A DNA stretch of 32,000 bases, from NCBI GenBank assembly GCA_944331845.1, contig CALVIT010000003.1:1-32000 (forward strand), written 5' to 3'. The DNA comes from an uncultured Clostridia bacterium (GTDB lineage: Bacteria > Bacillota > Clostridia > Christensenellales > UBA1242). Made by a program: the position numbers and the translations under genes. The notes below the pieces were generated by a model that worked only from the letters and a program-made list of their open reading frames with translations, had not been told where the DNA came from and made no database searches. Shown here one piece after another: positions 1-9,202 of the stretch (positions are counted from its first letter, which is position 1; every line of letters starts with the position of its first letter).

Positions 1-590
1 CCCCTAGTGCAAGGACAACGTCCTTGACCTGCCTAGTCTAGTATGTTACTCTACCCAACTTGCGTGCGTATGACTCTTTGTTATTTACTTTTTGCAACTT
101 GCAAAAAGCACAATACAATAAGTGCTCGCACCTAAGTTTGGTATATGTACCCATAGTACACAGGTCAAGGGAGATTCCCTTGCCTAGAGGGTGCAGGGAA
201 ATGGGTAGTTCCCTTACACCTTCTTTCTTGTGTAGGGGATTTCCCATCCCCCACACCCCTAGTGCAAGGACAGCGTCCTTGACCTGCCTAGTCTAGTATG
301 TTACTCTACCCAACTTGCGTGCGTAAAACTCTATGTTATTTACTTTTTGCATTTAGCAAAAAGCAAAATACTTAAAGTTCTTCGCACCTAAGTTTGTTAT
401 GTGTACCCATAGTACACGGGTCAAGGGGAAGTCCCCTTGCCTAAGGGTTCGTAAGGGAACGGGTAGTTCCCTTACATTATCATTCCTATGTAGGGGATGG
501 AAAATCCCTTACACACACTCCCTTGCCTAAAGGGTGCAGGTGAACGGGTAGTTCCCTTACATTATAAGCAGAAGAAAGGGTAGTTTCCCT
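1..590. repeat. Tandem ~255-bp GC-rich, hairpin-dense repeat: copy 1 = 1-255 (may be cut by window edge), copy 2 = 256-519, partial copy 3 = 520-590
   Basis: Positions 1-70 and 256-325 are identical except one base (18 vs 273), which lies in a hairpin loop. The rest aligns with substitutions and 1-2 nt indels. The sub-block cccttgcctaRRgggtKc..gggtagttcccttaca occurs three times (177-220, 434-480, 520-567). Every copy keeps the same set of short GC-rich stem-loops. Confidence 0.85.
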
Positions 591-596
591 GCATAC

Positions 597-629
597 AAAA
601 AAAACACTTTCTACTAATTGTAGAAAGCG
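597..629 (-). terminator. Rho-independent terminator of the giant surface-protein gene
   Basis: Stem ctttctac (607-614) / gtagaaag (620-627) with loop taatt. The A8 run at 597-604 is a T8 run on the minus strand, directly after the hairpin and just downstream of the stop codon at 638-640. Confidence 0.75.
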
Positions 630-637
630 TTTTTTAA

Positions 638-3600
638 TTATCTTACTTTCATCCTTGTTCTAAAGATTACAAACAATACGATTGTTACAACGACTGCTAA
701 CACTGCTAACACTATAGCGATAATAGCGACAGTATTGAGTGGTTCATTTTTGGTTATCATATAACTTGCTAATAATCTTCCACTCTCTGTGTATGCTTGT
801 ATAGTGTAGGTTTGGTTCTTATCAAGTGTAATAGTTGACACTTCATTTGCACTTGCTGTCTCATCATTAATAATGACATCATCTTGACCTGTTACCTTAA
901 TGACAACATTTCCTAATGCCTGATGAATAGCATATTTATTTAATTCGATTGTTATCACTTTAGTTGTTGATGTACCAAATGGTATGCTTGATACAAGGTT
1001 AATCTCGGCATCGTTAATCCAGAACTCGAATGTAAATTCTTGTATAGGTTTGAGTTGAGATTGTGTAACCCTAACATTCACAACATATCTACCGTTGTCT
1101 AAATTATCTACTGAGAAATTTAACTCCATTAATTTAGTAGTATTCTGTTGTTGTTTTAGTGAGTCAGTTATATCCACACCTTCTTTGATGACTGACACTA
1201 TCTCAAAACTATCATATTTATTGAATGAGAATCTATTCTGCGCTTCGTTCTTCGATAGAATAGTGAATGAATACTCGCTAACAATAGGTGTACCATTTAT
1301 TTTCGCATTCATTATAACTTTGTAGGCACCATATTTTGAGAATATGTATGCACTCTTAGTCTTAGAATACAATTCGCTTGGGTCAATCTCTTCTCCGTTC
1401 AAAGTGATTGTCATACCAAATGTACCCCTATCATACCTAGATGTATTTGTGATTGTCAATTCGACATTCGAATTATATATAGCATAATTAATAGGTTCAT
1501 TATTGTTAACCTTGAATGATACACTATTCAACAAGTCAATCGTGTAATAATCTTTAAGGTTAATTCCGCTAACAAACTTATAGTTATAACCTGCTATATC
1601 AGCAAAATACAATCTATATTCGCCTGAATCGGTAAACTTCAAATTGTCAGTATCAAATGTCGATACAAAGACATTATTATAATACAAGTTGACTTTAATA
1701 AAGTTCTCGAACACCAATTCTTCAAAGCCAAGCACATCAAGTCTTAATGACTTTTGCCAAGAAGCATATACTTCTGGTGAGAAATAAGTAGCACTTACTC
1801 CTGTCGCTTGAGACATTACATCTTGAGTCTCGCCAAGCAAGAAATTAGTTACATTCAAAATATTTTCATCAATTTGTAATAATGCTATGTACTCACTATA
1901 GAATAATGAACTTGAACCAAATATATGATAAATCTTAAGATTGTAGACACCATCTCTCACATACTCATATATGAGTTGTGCTTGAAGGTCCTTCTTCTCA
2001 TTCGCAACAACTGTCATAGGGTAGATATTGACAAAGACTTTGACATACTCATCAATATCAAATGCTTGGTCGTTGTATACTCCATTGTATCTATATCTAG
2101 CAGAATTAATGCCCGCTTCTATCTTCTGCGAATTAGCGTATACATCATATAAGATTGCAGAATTTTGAGATATAGAGAAAGTATAAGATACAGAATTACC
2201 TAAAGTATTGGTCATTGTCAATGTGTATGTCCCTTCTAGATACAATGAATAACCTTGTTGTATCTCAAATGCTTGACCATTGCCTTGTTTGATAGTTACT
2301 GTTACAGGAAAATTTGTTGCTTGTGCCCAATTAATGAATACTTCCTTACTTGTGCTTGAATCTTTGTTATTTAACAAATAATTCATATTATTACCATTAG
2401 AATCAGTTAATTCAAATGTTGGTAATATCGTATCTATAGTGAACACAAACACTATAGGTTCTGCGGTGATATCTACTCCGCCTGTATTATAGTTAAGTAT
2501 AATTTTATAACTTGTTATATTATTAGGAATAGCACCGAAATTAATTTGTCTAATGAATGTAGATTGATTGTCGTACACGCTTAAATTGTTGTAGTTAGCA
2601 AAATCATTTACAACCACGCCATCGACATACACTTCAGCGGTGTACAATTTTGTTTGATAAGAGAATTGAACATCGCTAGCGGTAGCATTATCTATTTGAG
2701 TACCGCTGAATACCAAATCTTTAGCATCAATTATACCAAATATGTAGTGTATAGGTTGTGTCTCTCCACGACCAAAGTTATCTATCAAATAGAAGTAATA
2801 CTCGCCCGAATTAAATGTGTATGTTACTCCACTAAATTCTGTGTCGCTGATAGGCCCATTCAAATCGTGTGTCAATGTTTGTAATGTCCCAGTCTGTGGG
2901 TTATATTGTCGAACAATAAAACTCTCAATCCAAGTACTATTAGTGCTTGTAGGTAAAGTTATACTGAAGTTGAGTTTACCTTCTATAATTGTGTACCCTA
3001 GTTGTTCGCCCGGTCTTTGTAGTGATATTGTGAAATTGTCCCCAAATCTATTTAAGAACTCAATATCGTACCTTGCACCCGAACTTGAATGTGAAGATGA
3101 TTCACCTGTTAAAGTATTTATCTCGCTTATGACTGTGTCAATATTTGTAGTAGGTGTAATGTCGAATTTCTTAAGCAATACACTATTTGTTGTTCTATCA
3201 TACAAAGATATTGTTGTGTAGCAGTCGACATTGTTAATCGCACTTACTGTGTATCCATACCCCAAACTCAAACTAGGGTGTAGTGCGTCTCCAATTTGAG
3301 ATACGGTATCATCAGTAAATACCACTGAAGTTTCGCTTCTCTTTAGATATACGGTATATATTCTTTGATTGCCCGCTTGGTCAATCTCAATAATCTCATA
3401 ATATCCTTCTTGCCCATAACCTGTAGCGTTATTTGTCTCTTGTGATACAGTATCATAGAATGGGTCCTTAGGTGTGCCGTACTCGCCATAACTAATCTCT
3501 TTGTATAGTGGGTTAGCAACTTCAAATCTTTGTTTTGTTACATCACTATATTCAGGGTCAGACTTAATATAACTTTGTTCATTGTCTTCTTCTGTTGTTG

Positions 3601-6600
3601 AGAATTTGTTATATTTTCTAGTATATATAGAACTTGTGTCGTGTTCAGCGTATGTATAATCATCATACATACCTATAGGGAAATCAACATTTGTTGCCTT
3701 ATAGAATACGAAATCGCTTGGCAATGCAAATGCGTAACTTCTTAAGAATTGTCTTATTTTCTCTTTTTTAGTAGGGTTTGTCTCCAATAAATTTTTAGCG
3801 TACTCTACTATATCTTGTTTTGAAATGACATTAGGGTCAGCGCTTGTAGCAGGTAAATACTTATCCGCATACACAAGTCTTAACAAGTTGAAGTTAGGCG
3901 CTGTATGGTCAAGTACTACATTAATTGAGTTAGCGTAGTATGATACAGTACCTAAATCATTCATATAGTATTCTTCATCGCCATAATAATGAATTGTTAC
4001 TCTATATTCCCCTTCATAATATGCGCCTGAGCGATTCTTAGTTGGTAAAATAATAGAATATTTGTATATGAGATTACCTGCTGAATCGGTCTTGAAAACA
4101 ATATGTCCATCATTATCAAATACTACATTGCCTAAGTCATCTAATAATTTGATAGGTTCTCTAATTGCTTTGACTTGGTCTAAAGATGTCAACTCTAGAC
4201 TTGATGGATAAATTGTATTACCATCTTCATCAAATGTAGCATCTTCAAAAGTTACCTTAACCGCACTCTCCCATTGTGTAGAGCCTTTAGTCTTTCTATC
4301 TACAACAACTTCGGTATAATTAATCTTTGCTTTATATACATCAGTTGTATCTTCGAACACAAATTTCAATTCTTCATCACTGCTTGAATATACATTCCCG
4401 CCACTACTAGATGTAGAATATATTATTTCCTTGTCGCTTCCATCGGCATTAGGTGTACCATAATATGTACCATCTGGAAGTTGTTTTGTTACTTGTATGC
4501 GGAATGAGAAAGCATTAGGTGATATGTTATTTGTCATAACATTATCTACTATTTGACTATAACCAGCGTTGTCGGTCAAAGTAAATCTGTAGATACCCAT
4601 TCTCATCAATGATTTAGGGTCAATCTGTAATAATTTATTAACAACTGCACTTTGTGAATTAGCGGAGACATTAACAACGCTTCTAAATGCATCATCGCCT
4701 TCATTCGCTGACTTAAATTCAATCTTAAGGTTAATATTAAATGAAGATACATTCGTATAACTTAATTCACTCTCATCTATAACTGAATATTTATTCTCTG
4801 GTACAATAGGACTTACAGGCAATAAGTCAGTAGACAATATGACATTGTTATCGCTTGAAGACAATAACAAATCATTAAATACTGCTTGTTGCTGTCCGTT
4901 CATTCCCATAACTAATTGTATGTATTCGCCCACTAACCTAGTAAATACTTCTTCGCCATCGACAACTATAGGATAGTCGACTGTAATACTATCGACAATA
5001 TCATTTCTATCAACATAGAATGTATAAGTTTTGGTTCGTTTAGCGTCATCTTCGCTCTCGAACAATGTTGGGTTGTATTCGTATGTACGAGTAACGACAT
5101 ATTTACCCGCTTGAGTTACTTCTCTACCCAATGTTGAAGAGTAGACAAGGTTAAAGTAATCAGTCTTCATCTTTCCTGTCAAAGAATCATAGGTTGCTGT
5201 CTCTAACAAATCAACTGTTATTGTAGACTCATCTAGGTATGGGTAAGTGTCTAATGTCTTGTCCATCGCTAGTGGATAAAAACCCAATTGCAAACTCTCG
5301 ACTACAAACTCATCTCTCTCACTAAAGTAATTGACATACAATTTGTCCCTATTAGTAGCAGAACCATTATATAGTCTAATGTCTGCGTTATCATCTGTGA
5401 AGGCCAGCACTTGACTTGCATCAAGGTTAACTTCTAATTGAGTAGTACTCTTACCAAATGCAGTACTATTTGTTATAGTAGTACCCATATCCACAACATC
5501 TACACTATAGAAGAATTCTTCCAAATCAGTAGATACAGGTGCGACAAGCGGAGTTTGAGAGTTATTGAAGATAATCTTACCATCCACAACATCTACACTA
5601 CTTGTGTAAGCAGTGATAGTTTTTTGATTAGTTGAATCAATCACGACTTGCATACCTTGTGAAGATACAGGAAGTTCCGTTTGATACAAATCGCCTTGTC
5701 TTTGTGCGTAATGCACAGTTACTGAATCGAAATCAACACTAATAATGCCGTTCTCAATATCGCATATGCTAGGCAATTTGTCATTAGCGACAAAAGAATC
5801 GAATAATTTACTTACATTATTCAAAGGCACTGTGAAAGTAATCGCCTTATAGTCTCCCCATACAACGCCTGTTGTATCCTTGATGATATTGTATTTATTC
5901 TCAATCTTTGGTTCAAATATGAATGAAGGATTTGTATTGTCTAACAATATAGCATAATATAGTTCATTGCCTGCTTCATCAAAAATTCTAAATAAATGTA
6001 AAGCATATTGAGTTACTGAGAATTCTGTTATATTTTTATATGTGATTGAAGAAGATATAGAACTTGTTTTGTAACCATTCTTAAGAGCAAAAACTTTATT
6101 TCCATTGTCATCTTGCCCTACATAAATTAGATTATCAACTGAATTAACAACATAAGAATCATCTTTAATTAACAACATTTGTTGATGTTCAATAGATACT
6201 TGCGCCCCGCTCGCTTTTGCGTTCCAACTCAAAGTGAATGGAGTATTGATAGAAGACACATTCATAGCATCTACGCTAGGATTAATCAAAGAATCATCAA
6301 AATTTAATTTTAGTCCACTGATTGAATCTTTATCAATTGTGAACTCCCAAGAAGTGTAACTTGTACCCATTCTTCCATAATACAACTTAACATAGTATTT
6401 ACCATTAGCACTCAATATCGTTTGGTTATCAGTACCGTATTTGTTGATAACTCCGTCTTTTACCGCTAATGAGTTGTCAAAATTATATCTATCATATCTA
6501 GCGATTATCTCAGCATTAAATGGGTTTGAAGTATCCCAGTTGACAGCGACATTTTGATTAGTGTATCCATCATTATACAAAGTTGTTTGGTCATCAACTT

Positions 6601-8257
6601 TAATAATTTGTGCCATAGGAGAAGTGTTTGTTATCTCAAATGCGAATATTTGTTTGAAGTATTGGTGTTGATACCTTAATGAAGACAAAGTGTAATTGAC
6701 TTCAAGAATGTATAACCCAGCATTCATAAAGTATTGCCCCTTCTTGTATTCCCCTATCTCGGTAGGTACATAGTCTTCAATTCTGCTATAGTCCATAGTA
6801 GAAGTCTTAGCATAGTAGAAATATTGTGAAGTTACATCTATATTTAATGTCCCTATATAATCAAGCCACAAAGGCGCTTGATTTGTAGAAGGTATTACAA
6901 TTTTACCATCATTGTCAGTAAAGAAGTTAAGTTCTCCCATATTGATATTAGCGCTTGTATCGGTTGAACTTGTTTTAGCGACCAATTTTTTTGACATCAA
7001 ATCTTTGTTTAAGTGTGTAATGTCGGCAAAGAGTCCGTCATCAACACTCCTTAACTCTGCTGTGTTAGTTTGCCCATCAGCGTACTTAAGTTGATACCCA
7101 AATATTGTCATATATCTAATAGTTGGTTGTGCGTTAAGCAATGTAGCATCAGCATTTGCGACAGGTAAGAATGTTACATCATCAGTTCTTGTTAGTATTG
7201 ACATTGTGAATTCATACTCGCCTATGTCTTCAAAGACAAGTTCAACAAATGGGTCAGCGTTCAAATCTTCTATCGTATAATCAAATGTTTCCCTTACCCC
7301 ATTTAATTCGCTTGTGAATGTTATAACAGCGCTCACTTTGTCATCAACTTTGTTGACAACCATTTCACTTGTTATTGTTTCTAATGAATTATAAATTTTT
7401 CTTGTGTACGACAAATTATATTTAGTAGCATCATAACTAATGACCGGCATTTGTAATTGTGTTTGCAAATCATCATAAGTGAAATTATTATAATTGAAAT
7501 ACAAATTTTGGTCTTGTCTTGTAGCGCTCTCTAATGTTGCATAATTAGGGTCAGCTTCATCGACAAATTTATACAAGTTATTGTAGTCCCAAGCGTTAAC
7601 ACCATTAGTTGTAGATAAGTATGGAGTAGTCAACACATTGAATGCAAATGACCCTTTCATCTCTTGTTGAGTGCCACCAGAAGATGTGCTGATTCTATAT
7701 GTATAATTGAATACAAATCTTCCGTAAGTCTCAGGCAAGATAACTTGATTGTTGTTAGTGTCAGTTACATACAATTCATTGGGCAACCCAAATATGAATT
7801 GTTCAAATGTGTTGTCAGTCCCAGGTAAATCTATAGCCAACTCTTTACCATTTAAAGTAGCAGACACAGACAATAATGCGAACTGCACAGAACTATCACT
7901 TGTCCCCATAGAGAACTTCACCGCTTGAGTCGCTATACCATTCTCGCCATCTTGCGTCCACTCACCATTATTTTTAGCGACTTCATAAGCATCGGCGTTA
8001 TTCAAAACAACAGTATCACCATCATTAATAGTCGCCACAACCGATTGAGTCGACCCTACCGCATTAGAGTATTCGCCATTAGCATAAGATACCCTAGTAT
8101 CTACCAACTGCGATGAGACAATAAGATTGCTATCCGCAGCCTGTACAGTAGATTTTGAAGATTGCGGTTTGATATTCATAAGCGAAACCGCCAATGCACC
8201 TATCGCTAATATGCAAAAGGTAATTATTAGTCGTCTAAAACTTGCTAGTTTAGTCAT
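638..8257 (-). CDS. Giant (2,539 aa) secreted, C-terminally membrane-anchored surface protein (putative adhesin or cell/spore-surface protein)
   Basis: Uninterrupted 7.6-kb ORF. The ORF-track start at 8278 has no SD, whereas the ATG at 8257 (MTKLASFRR..) follows GGAGG with 5-nt spacing. N-terminal signal-like segment RRLIITFCILAIGALAVSLMN. C-terminal TM helix VAIIAIVLAVLAVVVTIVLFVIF plus basic tail RTRMKVR. N/T/S/Y/D-rich beta-type composition. No LPXTG and no catalytic motif recognised. Confidence 0.85.
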   Translation of the reverse strand: MTKLASFRRLIITFCILAIGALAVSLMNIKPQSSKSTVQAADSNLIVSSQLVDTRVSYANGEYSNAVGSTQSVVATINDGDTVVLNNADAYEVAKNNGEWTQDGENGIATQAVKFSMGTSDSSVQFALLSVSATLNGKELAIDLPGTDNTFEQFIFGLPNELYVTDTNNNQVILPETYGRFVFNYTYRISTSSGGTQQEMKGSFAFNVLTTPYLSTTNGVNAWDYNNLYKFVDEADPNYATLESATRQDQNLYFNYNNFTYDDLQTQLQMPVISYDATKYNLSYTRKIYNSLETITSEMVVNKVDDKVSAVITFTSELNGVRETFDYTIEDLNADPFVELVFEDIGEYEFTMSILTRTDDVTFLPVANADATLLNAQPTIRYMTIFGYQLKYADGQTNTAELRSVDDGLFADITHLNKDLMSKKLVAKTSSTDTSANINMGELNFFTDNDGKIVIPSTNQAPLWLDYIGTLNIDVTSQYFYYAKTSTMDYSRIEDYVPTEIGEYKKGQYFMNAGLYILEVNYTLSSLRYQHQYFKQIFAFEITNTSPMAQIIKVDDQTTLYNDGYTNQNVAVNWDTSNPFNAEIIARYDRYNFDNSLAVKDGVINKYGTDNQTILSANGKYYVKLYYGRMGTSYTSWEFTIDKDSISGLKLNFDDSLINPSVDAMNVSSINTPFTLSWNAKASGAQVSIEHQQMLLIKDDSYVVNSVDNLIYVGQDDNGNKVFALKNGYKTSSISSSITYKNITEFSVTQYALHLFRIFDEAGNELYYAILLDNTNPSFIFEPKIENKYNIIKDTTGVVWGDYKAITFTVPLNNVSKLFDSFVANDKLPSICDIENGIISVDFDSVTVHYAQRQGDLYQTELPVSSQGMQVVIDSTNQKTITAYTSSVDVVDGKIIFNNSQTPLVAPVSTDLEEFFYSVDVVDMGTTITNSTAFGKSTTQLEVNLDASQVLAFTDDNADIRLYNGSATNRDKLYVNYFSERDEFVVESLQLGFYPLAMDKTLDTYPYLDESTITVDLLETATYDSLTGKMKTDYFNLVYSSTLGREVTQAGKYVVTRTYEYNPTLFESEDDAKRTKTYTFYVDRNDIVDSITVDYPIVVDGEEVFTRLVGEYIQLVMGMNGQQQAVFNDLLLSSSDNNVILSTDLLPVSPIVPENKYSVIDESELSYTNVSSFNINLKIEFKSANEGDDAFRSVVNVSANSQSAVVNKLLQIDPKSLMRMGIYRFTLTDNAGYSQIVDNVMTNNISPNAFSFRIQVTKQLPDGTYYGTPNADGSDKEIIYSTSSSGGNVYSSSDEELKFVFEDTTDVYKAKINYTEVVVDRKTKGSTQWESAVKVTFEDATFDEDGNTIYPSSLELTSLDQVKAIREPIKLLDDLGNVVFDNDGHIVFKTDSAGNLIYKYSIILPTKNRSGAYYEGEYRVTIHYYGDEEYYMNDLGTVSYYANSINVVLDHTAPNFNLLRLVYADKYLPATSADPNVISKQDIVEYAKNLLETNPTKKEKIRQFLRSYAFALPSDFVFYKATNVDFPIGMYDDYTYAEHDTSSIYTRKYNKFSTTEEDNEQSYIKSDPEYSDVTKQRFEVANPLYKEISYGEYGTPKDPFYDTVSQETNNATGYGQEGYYEIIEIDQAGNQRIYTVYLKRSETSVVFTDDTVSQIGDALHPSLSLGYGYTVSAINNVDCYTTISLYDRTTNSVLLKKFDITPTTNIDTVISEINTLTGESSSHSSSGARYDIEFLNRFGDNFTISLQRPGEQLGYTIIEGKLNFSITLPTSTNSTWIESFIVRQYNPQTGTLQTLTHDLNGPISDTEFSGVTYTFNSGEYYFYLIDNFGRGETQPIHYIFGIIDAKDLVFSGTQIDNATASDVQFSYQTKLYTAEVYVDGVVVNDFANYNNLSVYDNQSTFIRQINFGAIPNNITSYKIILNYNTGGVDITAEPIVFVFTIDTILPTFELTDSNGNNMNYLLNNKDSSTSKEVFINWAQATNFPVTVTIKQGNGQAFEIQQGYSLYLEGTYTLTMTNTLGNSVSYTFSISQNSAILYDVYANSQKIEAGINSARYRYNGVYNDQAFDIDEYVKVFVNIYPMTVVANEKKDLQAQLIYEYVRDGVYNLKIYHIFGSSSLFYSEYIALLQIDENILNVTNFLLGETQDVMSQATGVSATYFSPEVYASWQKSLRLDVLGFEELVFENFIKVNLYYNNVFVSTFDTDNLKFTDSGEYRLYFADIAGYNYKFVSGINLKDYYTIDLLNSVSFKVNNNEPINYAIYNSNVELTITNTSRYDRGTFGMTITLNGEEIDPSELYSKTKSAYIFSKYGAYKVIMNAKINGTPIVSEYSFTILSKNEAQNRFSFNKYDSFEIVSVIKEGVDITDSLKQQQNTTKLMELNFSVDNLDNGRYVVNVRVTQSQLKPIQEFTFEFWINDAEINLVSSIPFGTSTTKVITIELNKYAIHQALGNVVIKVTGQDDVIINDETASANEVSTITLDKNQTYTIQAYTESGRLLASYMITKNEPLNTVAIIAIVLAVLAVVVTIVLFVIFRTRMKVR

Positions 8258-8427
8258 TTGTTCCTCCAAATATCGCATAATTTAGTCGTACAAAATAAAA
8301 ATAAATTTATTTTAATGTTAAAACAATATGTTTAATAAATTTTATCATATTGTATTTTTTTTTACAACTAATTATAGGTACAATAAGTCGCTTTTTGTAA
8401 ATTTTTGTCCTTTTTTGTAGTGTTACC

Positions 8428-8486
8428 AATTCACAAAAAATAATACATTATTGATATTAAAATTATACGAAGATTTTTTGTGAATT
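8428..8486. repeat. Perfect 14-bp inverted repeat aattcacaaaaaat / attttttgtgaatt separated by 31 nt
   Basis: 8428-8441 is the exact reverse complement of 8473-8486. It lies about 170-230 bp upstream of the giant gene start, in the divergent spacer. Confidence 0.7.
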
Positions 8487-8625
8487 TTTATTATATTTAA
8501 TTTACATTTTATTTTGGTAATTTTGTTATAAAAAAGATTTTTAGAGTATAATAATAATTATTTTTTATAATCTCAAATTATAGTAAATTACTAGCAATTT
8601 TTATTGACTTTTACTAAATTATTTC

Positions 8626-8742
8626 GTGTAAATATTTAAAATATTTAGCGTATATAATTAATTTCTTTGTATAAATAACTAATAAATATTTTTATGTATA
8701 AGATTAATAAATATTTTGTGTAAATAATTAATAATTATCTTT
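8626..8742. repeat. Degenerate ~25-bp tandem direct repeats (consensus approx kTGTAwAAaTAAyTAATAAATATTTT)
   Basis: Contiguous copies at 8668-8693, 8694-8717 and 8718-8742, with more diverged copies at 8626-8646 and 8648-8668. Confidence 0.6.
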
Positions 8743-9171
8743 ACTTTATTTAATAAAATTATTAAATATACTTATATTAATTCTAATGCGTATATTAAAA
8801 AAATATTATATTATATAGAAGATTAAATATATTTAATTTTTGTACTACCCTTTAATATCTAATCTAATATATAATTTACTATTTATTTTACTAATATTAA
8901 GGTATCTATATTTATTAAAAATTAACTAATTATATATCTTTCAAAATTAATAGCACACATTCATTCATAATAAATTTATGACACTATGAATATTTATCTC
9001 ACACGCCTATCACAATTAAATATGTATTATTTATACTTTCACAAAAACATACACTTCATTACTTTAAGTACTTTCTTATTTACTTATATTTAAGTTTACA
9101 ACGGCTATAGATTAATTCTAAATAAATTAATACAAAAAATTATTTATAGTGTGTCAAAATATTCTAACAAG

Positions 9172-9193
9172 CATAAAATATTTGTCGAAGGAG
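9172..9193 (+). promoter_or_regulatory. Candidate sigmaK-type -10 (CATAAAATA, 9172-9180) followed by an exact Spo0A 0A-box heptamer TGTCGAA (9183-9189) overlapping the SD (AAGGAG, 9188-9193)
   Basis: CATAnnnTA is matched exactly, but there is no AC at the expected -35 position. The 0A box is a 7/7 match to TGTCGAA. Confidence 0.3.
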
Positions 9194-9202
9194 ATTTTTT
9201 TT

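Noticed and set aside
38-296. ORFs 38..256 (-) and 60..296 (+) inside the 255-bp tandem repeat
   Set aside because: The two repeat copies differ by 1-2 nt indels, so no reading frame is conserved between copies. There is no SD. The ORFs exist only because the region is GC-richer and so has fewer stop codons.
434-480. Resemblance of cctaagggttcg..gggaacggg to the ykkC/guanidine-I riboswitch core (CUAGGGUUCCG)
   Set aside because: The other copies of the same block read ctagagggtgc / ctaaagggtgc, so the resemblance is not conserved. The other ykkC landmarks (GGUCCGAGAG, ACGG.GGGA) are absent, and there is no downstream gene.
1095-8116. Eight 60-134-aa ORFs in other frames or on the opposite strand within the giant gene (1095-1325, 1925-2152, 2654-2884, 2817-3221, 3343-3525, 5438-5635, 6912-7094, 7925-8116)
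   Set aside because: They are shadow ORFs fully embedded in a 7.6-kb coding frame. They have low-complexity or odd composition (Cys/Ile/Leu-rich) and no SD.
8258-8278. ORF-track upstream starts for several genes: 8278 giant gene, 9149 amidase, 14641 collagen-like, 17462 metG, 26435 spo0A, 31288 pheS
   Set aside because: In each case a downstream ATG is preceded by a strong GGAGG/AAGGAG at 5-9 nt and begins the conserved N-terminus. The upstream GTG/TTG/ATG starts lack an SD and add non-conserved residues.
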